Source: Elsinoe ampelina
Taxonomy: Eukaryota
NCBI GenBank assembly: GCA_010093995.1
Contig: ML992509.1
Span: 1,325,850-1,389,849 of the forward strand
DNA length: 64,000 nt
Direction: 5' to 3'
This document shows, piece after piece, positions 49,001-60,384 of the stretch. Position 1 is the stretch's first letter. Every line of letters begins with the position of its first letter. Under the pieces are notes generated by a model. It had not been told where the DNA came from. It saw only the letters and a list, made by a program, of their open reading frames with translations, and did no database searches. The translations under genes were made by a program, and so were the position numbers.

Positions 49001-52000
49001 GGTAGACCTATATGTTTGTATCTTTACTTGTCGTTTATCTCGTCTTAGGCTCGATTATCTATCTACTATAGCTGCGCCCTAGCCTCCCTAATTCGTCGTG
49101 TAAAGTAATTAGGATAAGTGTCTTAAAGGGCTAATATTACTACTATAGACTTAATCCCGGTATTCTCCGTAGCTTAGACTTACTGCCGGAAGGTACTAAT
49201 ATTATTTTGTACTTCGCCTATGTCTTCTACGTCTATAGAGTCTAGGCTCTTTATAGACGCCTACCTTTCCCTATCTTGCCGACTATTAGCTTCTAGGCTT
49301 AAGGGTCGAAATATCTATAGTTTACTCCTAGAGCTCTCTATATAATCTTACTAACATCTATACTTAATATATCTATACTTCTCTTAGGTACTATAGGGAC
49401 ATTTAGACTTACTAGTGTAGACGGCGGAGCAATTAGTACAGTTAGCAACTTTATGTTTATCTTCTTTACTAAGATATACTATCTAGTAGCATCTCTAATA
49501 TATATAGTTTAGAGTCCGTAGTCTTCGATAATCCCTACTATATAGAGATAAAGTCTTCCGAGTAGGATAGTAAATAGGCTAGCCTTAGCTATAACCTACA
49601 CCTTAACATTATAGGCGACACTCGAGATCTTAATAGCGTAGTAAGTATACTCCTTAAGTAGATCGGTAGAACTATTCGCGACTCTTATAGTAATCGAGAC
49701 ATCCGAGTAAATATAGGTTAGATAGAGAGCCTTAAGAGCTTAACGTGCGATTAAGTTAATTATCGACTCTAAGTTAAGTAGGACAAGACTAGTCTTAAAT
49801 CCTTCCGAGGTAATACCTTTTATCTTATCGATATAGGTAATAACTACAGTAGTAAAGAAGTTAGTAAACTAAATCTTAGTGCTTACGTCCTAAGTAGTAA
49901 GCCTAGCAGTGTCTATCTAGACTTAAGTAGCGTAAACTAACTATAAGAGCTTATGCTCGGCATCCTTAGTCTAAACTATATTTGCTAGATAAGTAGCCTT
50001 ATAACACTTACGAGGTATAATTAATTTGCTTATAATCTGTAAGTGAATATTGTAGCTCTAGTCTATAAGAACGTAGAATAGGATATTAGTAGGCACTATA
50101 ACTTGCTTAAATACCTCCTACTAGTTAATGTCTATACCTTCTACTCCGTAGATGTGTAGTAGGTTCTTCTTCTTGTTCTACTAGCGTAATTTAGAGTAAT
50201 ATTCGCTAGCTAAAGGTAGTTAAGCGACAGGTTGCAAGGGAACACTCTCTATCTATAGTAATTCTTAATACTAAGTAGTATCTATATAATGATTGCGGAT
50301 TTAAATATTAACGTCGTTACTCTCCGACTTAGACATCTTTACTAGAATACTTACTAGCTATTAGACACTTATAGGTACCGGTTCCTCCGGCACTTCGGAC
50401 TTGTTATTCTTAATAGTAACGATCCTCTAGTTGTCTATAAGGTAATTTACATATTCGTATAGATTCGCCTTCCTCTTCTTACTAATGCTATAGCTATAGA
50501 TCCTACTCTCTAGGTTAATAAGAGAATATAGCTTACGCCTAGAAGCCTTAGTAACTCTACCGGAGCGAGTAACTAGAGCTACAATCTTATCCTAGATAGC
50601 TAGCTAACGAAGGAGTAATACTAGTTTACTTCTCTCTACGAGGTTAACTTCCTCGTTAAGTATTAGGTAACTGAATTGTAAATCGAAATAAGAGTAGAGA
50701 TAACTAGAGCTTATAGTAACGATGTTAATGTAACTTATATCTACTAGGAGGTTATCGATCTTATTAACCTAAGCTTGCTAGTATAAGTAATTCCTACGTT
50801 AAAGTATTTATACTCTCTTCTTCTTCTTAGAGTAATCGACCTATACCTTATAGTCTCTAGCTATATGTCCTAGATGTAAGTAGTTATAGTAGTAACTATT
50901 AGGGATATCTCCGAGTCCCTTAATAAACTAGGTGCCGATTACTAGGGGTAGGACATACCTCTACTAAATGTTGCTCTACGGCTAGGCTAGCCCTTACGGC
51001 CTTTATAGCTACTATAGTGGCCGAACTATTCCGGCTATAGATTAACCCTAAATTTGTTACTAGCCGTTGTACCCTAGGACAGCTATTATTAAAGCTCTAT
51101 AGAACTTAGTAACTACGTTAGCTATAGACTTCTATAAAGCGAGAAGGGCTTTTATCTTCTTATCGAAATATAACATCGGCTTAGCCTAAGGCGGTAGGGG
51201 AGGTCTAGCCATTTAGGGAACGTAGTTAACGTAGTAAGGCTACACTCTAAAGACCTAGTTAAAGTCGAGCTTTTAGTTGCCTATAGTATCTAGGGTGATA
51301 GTGCATAGAGCGTCGAATATAAGAGGCCTACCTATAGTATCTACGCTTAAATAGGAGTTATAGATATAAGACCTAAGCTATAGTTCCCTTAAGCTATTAG
51401 CAAACTTCTTCTTAACTATATACTAGATCGACGTATCCTATTCTATAGAGATGTTCTAGAGCTAACAGCCGCGATAAATATAGCTCGGCAATAATTCGTC
51501 CTTCTCCTACTTATAGGTAGTAATAGTATTAAAGAACACTCCTATCTTACTCTTCTTCTTAATAGGAGAGAAAGCCTCTTTAAGAGCGATTAGAAAGGGA
51601 TCTAATTTAAACTTGTCTTCGTCTGTCCTCTAGATGTATAAGTAATAGAAGTAAAGTAAGTCTCCGCTAAGGAACTAGCTAATAATAACCCTAGCAACAA
51701 ATGCTTAATTAGGTTTAGTAGCCTCCGGCTCTATGTTGTCCTTAACTACCTTCCTAATTAATCGAGACTAGTCTTTAAATAACAATAGGGTGTTCTTAGT
51801 AAGCATAAATAGCTTAAACATGTTGTCCCTAGCTAGCCTCCTTAACTAGAAGGCACTATCCGGCTAGCTAAATAGATCTAGTATACCTACACCTACTATA
51901 GTGTTAGGATTCTTTAGAGTGTCGGCGAGAGATAATTAAGAAGGTTAAATAGGTTATTTAGGCTTGATAATCTTAATTTTAGGTGTCTCGTTAGCGGGGT

Positions 52001-52939
52001 TAGCTACCTTACCTAGTAGTATAGATTAGGAACTAGAGAGAGAAGACTTAAGTAAGAAGTTGCCGAGTTAACTACTTAGATTGCCACCTATTAACATAAG
52101 GTAGAAGAAGTTATTCTCTAGTAATTAATCTAGCGCCTTCTTCTTTCCCTCCTACTTTCGCTACTTCTTAGGTTTAAGCAGGTTAGTGTTCTTGTTTAAC
52201 TTAGATAAGTTGCTCTCTAATTGTAATAACTCGAGGGCTTCGCCTAGAGCTTTATTATAGAATGTGTTAGAAGCTAGTATTATTAACTAAACAGCTAGGG
52301 ACGCAACTCTTTAGCTACTCTAGTAGCGTACTAACTGACTTGCTAGCTGTAGTCTAACGCCTATAGGTTTATAGTAAGGTAATATAAGGTATATTATAGT
52401 CGAGGTAAAGTAGTAGAAGTAGATTACTAAGGGCTCTTAGCTTTATAGAGATGTTAGGAGAATTCGAGACAACTATAATAGCGTAAGACACTTACTACTA
52501 GCTACGAACTGCCGATTAAAGCGATAAGTGTATAGCTTGTTCTTAATGATAATTCTACACTTACTAGTCTTAAGGGGAATAGAGAGCAAGTGTTAATAAT
52601 AGAATTAATTTACTTATTGTCTCGATAGCTTAACTTTAGATATAGTAATGCCTATAGAACTTAGTCACCTAAAAGGTAACTACGATAATACTATAGTAAA
52701 TTTCGACAAGTCTCGTAGTGTAATAATAGTTTTCGAGGGTATAAGAAGTTACTAGTAATAGAATATTATTATTAATTACTAGTGTAGCTCTCCTATAATG
52801 GTTGCTAGCAGAGGTGTAGCGTACAAGTCGAACTAGACAGACTGTTGCCTCGCAACGATATAATAAGGGATTGTTTCAAATAAGAACTTACTAATAAAGA
52901 TTACGCCTTATAATAGTAGCCTTACCTTCGGCTCTAAAT

Positions 52940-53102
52940 TAATGGCACTGGACTTAGAACTTGATAAAGGACGTGATTACTTGACGGTTAACTATCTGAC
53001 GATGAAATCTGGCTAAGTACGTGCAAACTTGCTACCCTTCCCAAAAGGGTTTAGCGGCTGACAAAGCGCTTTCCCAAAGGCCAGCCAAACTTGCCGTCCG
53101 CA
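52940..53102 (-). repeat. 5' LTR of outer Gypsy element (163 bp)
   Basis: Direct repeat of 35509-35671; followed by TSD GCGC (53103-53106). Confidence 0.93.
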
Positions 53103-53329
53103 GCGCGTTCCAGTCCCACATTTCCGGGACATGCGCCTCATCCTGCTCCGACTTCTTCTTCACATGCCGCATTCTCCAACTTTTTGTGTTTGTGTTTCCT
53201 GCCATTGTCCTTCGTTCTCGTTTTAGCTGAGCGTCGTTTCAAATCTTCTTCAACTGCAGATCTTATGCACCTATCCTGTATCCTACTTCACCGAGCGCAG
53301 ACACGAATTGAGGTTTCGCCCTCGAGACT

Positions 53330-54513
53330 ATGGCCCCAGGCTCAAAAGCCGATGGCGCAGCAGCAGATGCCGTAAAAGATGCCATAGACAGAGCAGACAT
53401 TGACTATCCATGGTGGTTCGGGGGCTCAGCATCGTGTTTCGCAGTGTGCTTGACGCACCCACTTGATCTCAGTAAGGCTTTTCTCATTCACTTTTCAAAT
53501 CTCGAGTCTCAGATCCTGCAAGACCTTCTGGGGCATCGAGAGAAGAGTCGCGTCGTATCCTCGTAGATTCCATGCTAATACAGGATAGTAAAGGTCCGAA
53601 TGCAAGCTGCACAAAAGTCGCCCGTGCGGTTAGGCGCGGTAGGGACAGCGATCGATGTTGTCAAGAAGGACAGTGTGCCAGGCTTGTATCGAGGTGTAAG
53701 CACAATTGCTTGGGCGTTAAGCTATTTGACTGACGATACATAGCTCACAGCAGGTCTCGCAAGACAATGTATGTTTCTTCAAGACTCCTGAGGTCAAACA
53801 ATTAACAAGGTCCAGTACTCTACGGTACCACCCGCTTCGCCGTCTACGACATGCTCAAAGCCCGCCTCCAACACCAACACGACACGCCTGGCCACACATC
53901 ACCAACGTCCCCGAGTATGCTCGCCCTCGTCGCCGCCGCCTCCTTCTCCGGCTTCCTAGGCGGCATAGTAGGCAACCCCGCCGACCTCGCCAACGTCAGA
54001 ATGCAGAACGACTCCACCCTCCCACCCGACCAACGGCGAAACTACCGCAATGTCTTCTCTGCCTGGACAAGCATGGCCCGCGAGCCTGGCGGCTTCCCCA
54101 AGAACTCCATGCGCGGTGTATGGGCCAACAGTACCAGAGCAGCCATCATGACCGCCTCGCAACTCGCCGCCTATGACGGATTCAAAAGCGTCCTCAGCTC
54201 GCCGAATGGCTTCTTCAAGCTCTCCCCGGACAGCAGCGTGACGCATCTGACGGCTTCGACACTGGCTGGACTGGTCGCCACAACGCTCTGTTCACCCGTG
54301 GACGTGCTGAAGACGCAGATCATGAAGGCCAGAGCGGATGAGGTGAAGAGTGTGGGTGAGCTGATGAGGACGAACTTTGCAGAGAGTGGACCGCGGTGGA
54401 TGTTCAGGGGGTGGGTGCCGAGTTTCACCAGGTTGGGACCTCAGACAGTAGCGACTATGATGATCCTGGAACAGCATCGGAGGGTGTATAGGTGGTTCAA
54501 GGGGATTGAGTAG
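53330..54513 (+). CDS. DIC1: Mitochondrial dicarboxylate carrier; 4 exons including a ~25-nt microexon
   Basis: YPWWFGGSASCFAVCLTHPLDL|.KVRMQ, GNPADLANVRMQND, MTASQLAAYD, CSPVDVLKTQIM, FRGWVPSFTRLGPQT. Confidence 0.92.
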
Positions 54514-54857
54514 GGGTTCTTGCGACATTGGAAAGGCGTTGGGAAGTCAGTGCCAACTGGGCATCCGGACCGAGTCTGATAAGAGGTTGCATGCCAGTCG
54601 TCAGGATTCGAGTACTTGCATATACCAATCGATCATCGATCCGACAACGGATCACTGTCACACATCACAGGCGAAGAGCAGGATTTGAATGAGGAGAAGT
54701 TGCATACCCATCTGGCTACGCCAAATAAAGAGCCGATCCAGCGGCTTCAGTGTCACCAGTAGATAGATATTTTGTACAATGCTTGACCCCACCTAGCGAG
54801 ATCCCTACCACATCGAATCGAAAGGTCAAGTGAATCCTCCGATCCCAGCGATCAACC

Positions 54858-57800
54858 TCAAAAAGATCGGTCAATCTGCAACCCCCTAGCCAGCTCCCTC
54901 TTACTCAAGCTCATGCTCTGCTTCCTACACTGGCTACTACTGGCCACCTTGCTCTCACTGCTGACACGCCGTCCATTGACCGTCCGCGCCGTATCGACAC
55001 GGTATTGCCGTTCGACTTTCTCCTCCTTCGATACTTGCAACACCCTTTCCACCTCCTCCACCACTACCGTCGGAACCAATCTGCCAGGCTCAATAGACTG
55101 CATGGTCTGCACCTCCCGCTGAATCTCCCCTTCCACATCCTCTTCGTCCTCTTCATCCTCCCTCGTCCTCGAAACCTGCCTCCCTCTACACTTCTCCAAC
55201 GCCTCGCTCCTCCTCCTCTCTCTTTCCCTTTCCTGACTCACCTTCCACTCCCCGTCACTGCTCGTCCCGCCTCCCTCGCCTTCGCTCTCCTCCTTAGACA
55301 ACTCGCTGTCACTCGTATGCGGACTGACTTTTGCTCCGCACAGCCTCTTGGCTTTCCTCTGATCATGCGCCTCCTTTTCCCTCTTCGCTACTTCTCGCTT
55401 CCGTTCCGCTGCCATCTCGTCGGCTTTGCGGGAAGCGAGCATGGCCTCGATCCTCGCGCGTTCGAGATCGTTGGCGAGGCGGAGCTTGCGGCGGAGGCGG
55501 CTCTCGACCTTGGCGGCGTCGGTGCGGCGACGTTCGCCATGGCGGTGGACCGGGGATGAGTGCGGGACAGGTGTGTCGCTAGCGCCGTCAAGCTGAGGGA
55601 GAGAAGGGGTGGGCTGGGAGAGTGGGGGGAGGAGCTGAGATGAGATGGATGCTGAGGAAGGCGACGGCTCTGCGATGTGGGACGCTGTAGGGACAGGCAG
55701 TTTCGAAGTGCCCCGGGGCTCTTTTCCATCGTTCGCGCTGGTCGCCGGAGGAGGCTGGCTGCTGAGACGATCTGTCTGGTTTTTCGTAGCCGGCTGCTGG
55801 CTACTTGACGGGCTCGGCTGGCTAGATTGCTTGTGAAGCTTATCGACTGTTCTTTCGATGTTGTCGGCGAGATCACGAATTCTATCGGCAGGCACAGATC
55901 CTCCCTTGCGGAGCAAGTCTTCCAGAGCTTGCACATCTTCAAGCATTTTCCTTGACATGGCTGCCCCTTGTTGGGAGAGAAGCGCTACACGCATGTTGAT
56001 CAGCTCTGCGGCAACCGTGGGCCGAGGTTCCAGAGTTCGTAATTTATCGAAGAATTCCAGCGCATCGGGCTCCATACTTCCGACAAAGGAGAGCGCTGCT
56101 ACCTTGCCAGAGGATGGAAACGGTGGTCTGAGTGATCCGAGGGTGGATATATCATTGGTATTCCGCTGTGCGGTGTCAGAGGTTGGCGCATCCTGTGTCG
56201 GCTGCGCTTGTGCGTCGACGGTGGAAGTGGAGGTTGGGCGATCACCCGGCCCACTCCTGTCCGAGGATCTTTCTGACGGTGACTTGCTGCTAGATCCGCC
56301 TTGGGGTGCTGATGTTGCATGGGTTCCAGGCTGAGCAGCGTCTGCATCTTGATCAGGCTCCGAATCCTCATCATCCTCGTCAGAACTGGAAGGTGGTTCA
56401 TCAGAAGATTCGCTTTCGGACTCGTCCGAGGAAATCTCTTGCGTAGGTGGTCGTTGTGTCCTAGCGGGGTCCGCCGGGTTCTTGGCCCCTTTAGGCGAAG
56501 GTTGTATTGAGGAACGAGGAACCTGAGAAGGCAAATGACGCTGTGACGGTGATTTTGAAGGCGGCGGATGACCTCGATGGGGTTGCTTCGGAGGGCTTGA
56601 GTTGAGCTTCTCAAGTTGAAGTAGAGGCAACTGTGCATTTGCCAGCTGAGTCTGATCTTTGGGTCCAGGTTGGTCGTCATTCGAGATCTCCTCGATGGGT
56701 CGATCGAGGCTCACGTTGGGCCGTAACATGGCGAGCCATCGTTTTTTGGCTTTGGCATCGTGCGCCTCTCTGGCAGCTTGCTCTTCGTACCACCACTGCG
56801 GCTTGTCTCCTTCCTGGGCATTGACTTGTGGACTCGGGGGAACCGAGTCCTCATCGGAGCGAACGTCTCCGTAGATGATGTCGACATCCTCCGATGGACC
56901 GTGTTGCGGAAGTGTGGCGGCAGCTGCGAGAACACCGCTGGACGGTTGCGTATGGTGGAATTGCCTCTCTATCTCGTACTCAACATCACCTGTATCATGT
57001 TGAAAGTCATGCATTTCAGTGTCTGCATGAGCTTCGCTAGATACAGGCTTCGCCGAACTTGCCATCTTCATCTCCCGTTGCAGTTGTTCGGCCGACGAGT
57101 CTAAAGATGTGTGTCTAGATTGTCGAAATACCTCAGGGCGTGCCGGGCTAGTATCGATGTTCGGTTGTGATGATGCTTGATGAAGCGACTCCCTTTCTAC
57201 TCTGTCGGCCACGTCTGCAAATGCTTGATCTGGTATGCTTGAATGATAAGGGGATCCGTGGATGGTCACGCCGATCGTCTTCTTAGCTTTGCTTTTTGAT
57301 GATCCTGCGATTGGGAGATTGGCTCCAGCAATACGCTTGGGCTGAACGACACTCGCTTTCTCGTTTTTGAGGAGCGGAAATGATAACGTCGTTTGCCTTC
57401 GCTTCGCATTAGCATTTTGTTGATTAGAAGAAGCAGGAAGGACGGCTGTGGAACTGTTACCGTCAGACTCTGCCCCAGCTGCAGCCTCGCCACTCTTTCC
57501 CGCCACGTTTGAGTCGTCCATCTTGACAAACTGGGACAGACGAAGCGGGTCCGCTGGCTCGATCTCAACAATGGCTTCTCTTTGGACTGGCGCGTTGGGG
57601 ACCGCAGCGGGCTGCTTTCCCCTCTTCTTCGATGATGGCGGTGCCTCATATGAATCCTGAATGACTGCGGTTGTGTTGTGATCCGCAGACTGACGCCGGG
57701 CTGCGGCTGAGCTCATTCTTCCAGGCTTAGGTAGTAGCGACGTGAGCTTGCCATCTAACTTTATTCTGGCCTTTGAAGATGGACCAGCACGGACCGCATC

Positions 57801-60384
57801 AGTTCGTTGTGGTACCGTAGAAGTTCTCTTTGGCGTGGTCGGTTCCACGCCGTCCGAGGACGTTCGTGGAATAGCACTCAGGCCGTCCATGCCATCAAGG
57901 CCCATGGTTTTCTGCGTGTCAGGGTCCCAACGGCGCCCATTGTCGCTTCTCAGGGCTTCGTGGTCGGATGAGCGTCGTGTGCGTGCAGGCGTCGGCTCTC
58001 TCTCCATCCGTTCCTGTGCTGGGTCTTGCTCCGTATTCTCTGCCTGTCTTTGTGCAGCTGGCGAGCTCAAAGCAAGTTCTCTGTACAGACCAATGGTGCT
58101 CGGCCGCGGGGTGGGAGGTCTCGGCGGCTCAGGTTGGCCTCTATGTCTAGCCTGCTCGCAGTGTTGCTTCCACAGCTTGATTTGTCTAGCATATTCTGCT
58201 TTGAGGGTATCGTCTTCTTGCACTCTCAGCTCTGTGTCCCTTTTGGCCTGGCGATCCTTTGCTTCTTGGGAGGACATCAAACGCTGTAGCTGTTCCTGAC
58301 GAGCACGGTCGACTTGTCTCCGCCGCTTGCGTTCCTCTTCTTCAATGATGTTCTGCTCGCGAACGTCAATCTCAGCGCTTCTGAGCTCGTTGAATTCAGC
58401 CTTGTCGACCTCGATTTGGGAGAACCATGCTTGAACGCGCACCCAACCTGCAGCATCCATGCTTTCCATCACATGTTCGTCTGTGACACTGACGGCAGGG
58501 TTCTTATTTTGAGCTTTGCCTCTCACTCGATGGTATAGTGTCGATGCTCGCTTTACCACCTGGTTCGACGGTCGACGGGGGAAATACTTGTCAGCGACGC
58601 GAGCAATTTCCGCGTTTGCCAGCCTAGCAGCAAGGAGTAAGTCCTCTTCGGATTGTGTGAAGGGCTCACTAGGTAAAGTCGAGCGCCGCCCAGATTGATC
58701 TTCTAAGAGAATCCGTTGTCTTCGATACGCTGTTTTCCGGGCGGCCTCCTCTTCATTTCTCACTACTTGTTCGACCTCTTGCAACTTAGCAAAGACCTCA
58801 CGCTGAAGTCGATGTGGGAAGTGCCTGTTGCGGATCTCTTGAAAACTTTGGTGATGCTGCAGGCCGATACGCATGTTATTGATGTCTATGCGATTCCAGG
58901 CTCCATCCTCCAAAGTATTCGAACGCGTTGCGCTTCCATTGACTGTGGGCCGGTTTGGTGGATTCGGAGCGGTGTCTTCGTCATGCTGCGCTTCACTGAC
59001 CGACCTTATTTGCTGCGCCGTGCTTGTGGTATGCTCCTGCGCCTCATCGCGCAACTCCTTCCTCCTTTGCCTAATTGCGGTCTTGCTCCGTTTAGGTAGT
59101 GTCTGTTGTATGTCTTTGACTCTCACGTCGTCATGAATTGCGGCAAGGATAACTTGGTCTTCCTCAGGAAGCCAGGGGTCTTCAGGCAGGTCAACCGACT
59201 GTTCAGGCAGGTCAACCGACTGTTCAGGCAGGTCAACCGACTGTTCAGGCAGGTCAACCGACCGAGGACGCGCTGCCTGCTGAGGCTGAGTACCAGGCTC
59301 TGTGAGCTCGTCTGGATCGTCGAGCGTTGCAGGTGCGGCTGTTTCCGGACGAAGCAGACTTGAAATGAAAGGAGATACAATGTCTGCTGGAGGGCCCATT
59401 GTGTCGAGGTTGGCTTGTGTGAGTCGCCGTGGTACAGCGGTGAGCGCACGGGTGATTGAGCCGGCTGAAGTTGCCTGTGGCGTTCGTCCAGTACTCGATG
59501 CTAGAACATCATTATGTGTGTCGCGCTGGACGTTGTTGACTTGTGCAGGAGGCTGCCCAGGAAGAGGAGGTAGTTTGAACATCCTATGCCGCTCGGTGAG
59601 AGGTTTCGACTCAAATCTCGACGCATGCTCTCGGCTGGCTGTAATGGCTTCGGGTTGAACACTCGTCATTGGCCTATTCGGAGTCGTAGGATTGAGAGTA
59701 TCTGGCAGACCCTGAGCGGGGGCAAGCTCTTCACGTCCTGGCGATTCGGGTTGTCCGGAAAGATTTTGCTGTGCAGGTATTGCTGGGCCGGCCGCAGGAC
59801 TACTGCGAAGCTTTGTCGGCACCTTGAACCCTTGAGAGTCTTGCCGAGTTTCAATCTGAGGGATCGTTGTTGATTGCCGGGGTGGTGCTGGCGGTGGCGA
59901 GCTCTCAACTTCCTCGTTATCCTGCTTCCGTCTCTTGCCGCTCTGTGGTGGCTGTTCTGTGCGCTTTCGCTTGAACCCTCCGAGGCGCAAGCCAGAGTCA
60001 CCTGGCATTGACAGTTCGTCCGAGTCCAAAACCAGGTGCATGCGGACAATCCTTTCATCGTTGGGGTCATGCTTGTCGAATACATCCTGTACAGCATCGT
60101 TGAGATCAATATCGTAGCCGTCCGTCGTAGTCAGCTTTTTGACTTGCCAGCCTCTGCAAATTTGTTTAGCGGAAGCTCGCAACCTGACCATGGAAGACTC
60201 ACCCGATTCGGCCTTCCATGTAATTCTGAGCATATCTCTCCCTGGCTCGGATCGCGATCTGTTCAAAGGTCTCATGATCCTTGGCCGGGACGACAAAGTT
60301 GCGGATCTCGCCTTTGGCGAAAGTGCCGAAGGCAGGCTTCACCGGAGGTTGGAATATCGGGGGAACTTGGAAGAGCAGCTTCAT
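54858..60384 (-). CDS. Large nuclear protein with Net1/Tof2/Dnt1-like N-terminal domain and three Myb/SANT-like repeats; intron 60202-60154
   Basis: ATG at 60384 (ccgccATG); a GTGAGT..GCTAAAC..CAG intron joins exon 1 to the 1812-aa ORF in frame. TFEQIA..ERYAQNY..KKLTTTDGYDIDLNDAVQDVF; Myb-like PWLPEEDQVI..PKRSKTAIRQR and PFTQSEEDLL..FPRRP. Confidence 0.75.
59181..59262 (-). repeat. Perfect coding minisatellite, 21-bp unit x ~3.9 (SVDLPEQ)
   Basis: ttcaggcaggtcaaccgactg repeated without mismatch. Confidence 0.95.

Larger units (their letters stand above)
39517..52500 (-). pseudogene. Gypsy gag-pol relic, interrupted by the Copia insertion; 5' limit approximate
   Basis: Zn knuckle, PR, RT, RH and IN motifs readable after reverting TA to CA/TG; no chromodomain recognisable after the GPF module. 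Confidence 0.85.
35509..53102 (-). mobile_element. Full-length RIP-inactivated Ty3/Gypsy LTR retrotransposon (~12.06 kb without nested inserts)
   Basis: 163-bp LTRs with GCGC on both outer flanks. De-RIPped minus-strand motifs in Gypsy order: CX2CX4HX4C knuckle (~50850-50891), protease VLLDS.S.INLI (~49770), RT FVDDD..FLH..YFPR (~47400), RNase H YHLATDAS (~46920), integrase DFLGP..IVVDYFS (~40600) and PRWTGPF (~39880). Confidence 0.92.

Noticed and set aside
35700..52900. AT-rich block as centromere, NUMT or alternative-genetic-code DNA
   Set aside because: The TA excess and in-frame TAG/TAA are explained by RIP transitions on retroelement ORFs, and the block is one bounded insertion between housekeeping genes.
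52920..52939. Primer-binding site of the Gypsy element (minus strand ATTTAGAGCCGAAGG)
   Set aside because: RIP makes the original ambiguous (TGGAGCC or TCAGAGCC), and I cannot match it to a specific tRNA without a search.
35509..53102. 163-bp flanking direct repeat read as a giant target-site duplication, or the block read as a Starship-like element
   Set aside because: The repeat has TG..CA ends and its own 4-bp TSD, so it is an LTR pair. No tyrosine recombinase motif was found; the internal motifs are retroelement domains.
59181..59262. CRISPR-like array
   Set aside because: Contiguous tandem units without spacers, inside a eukaryotic CDS.
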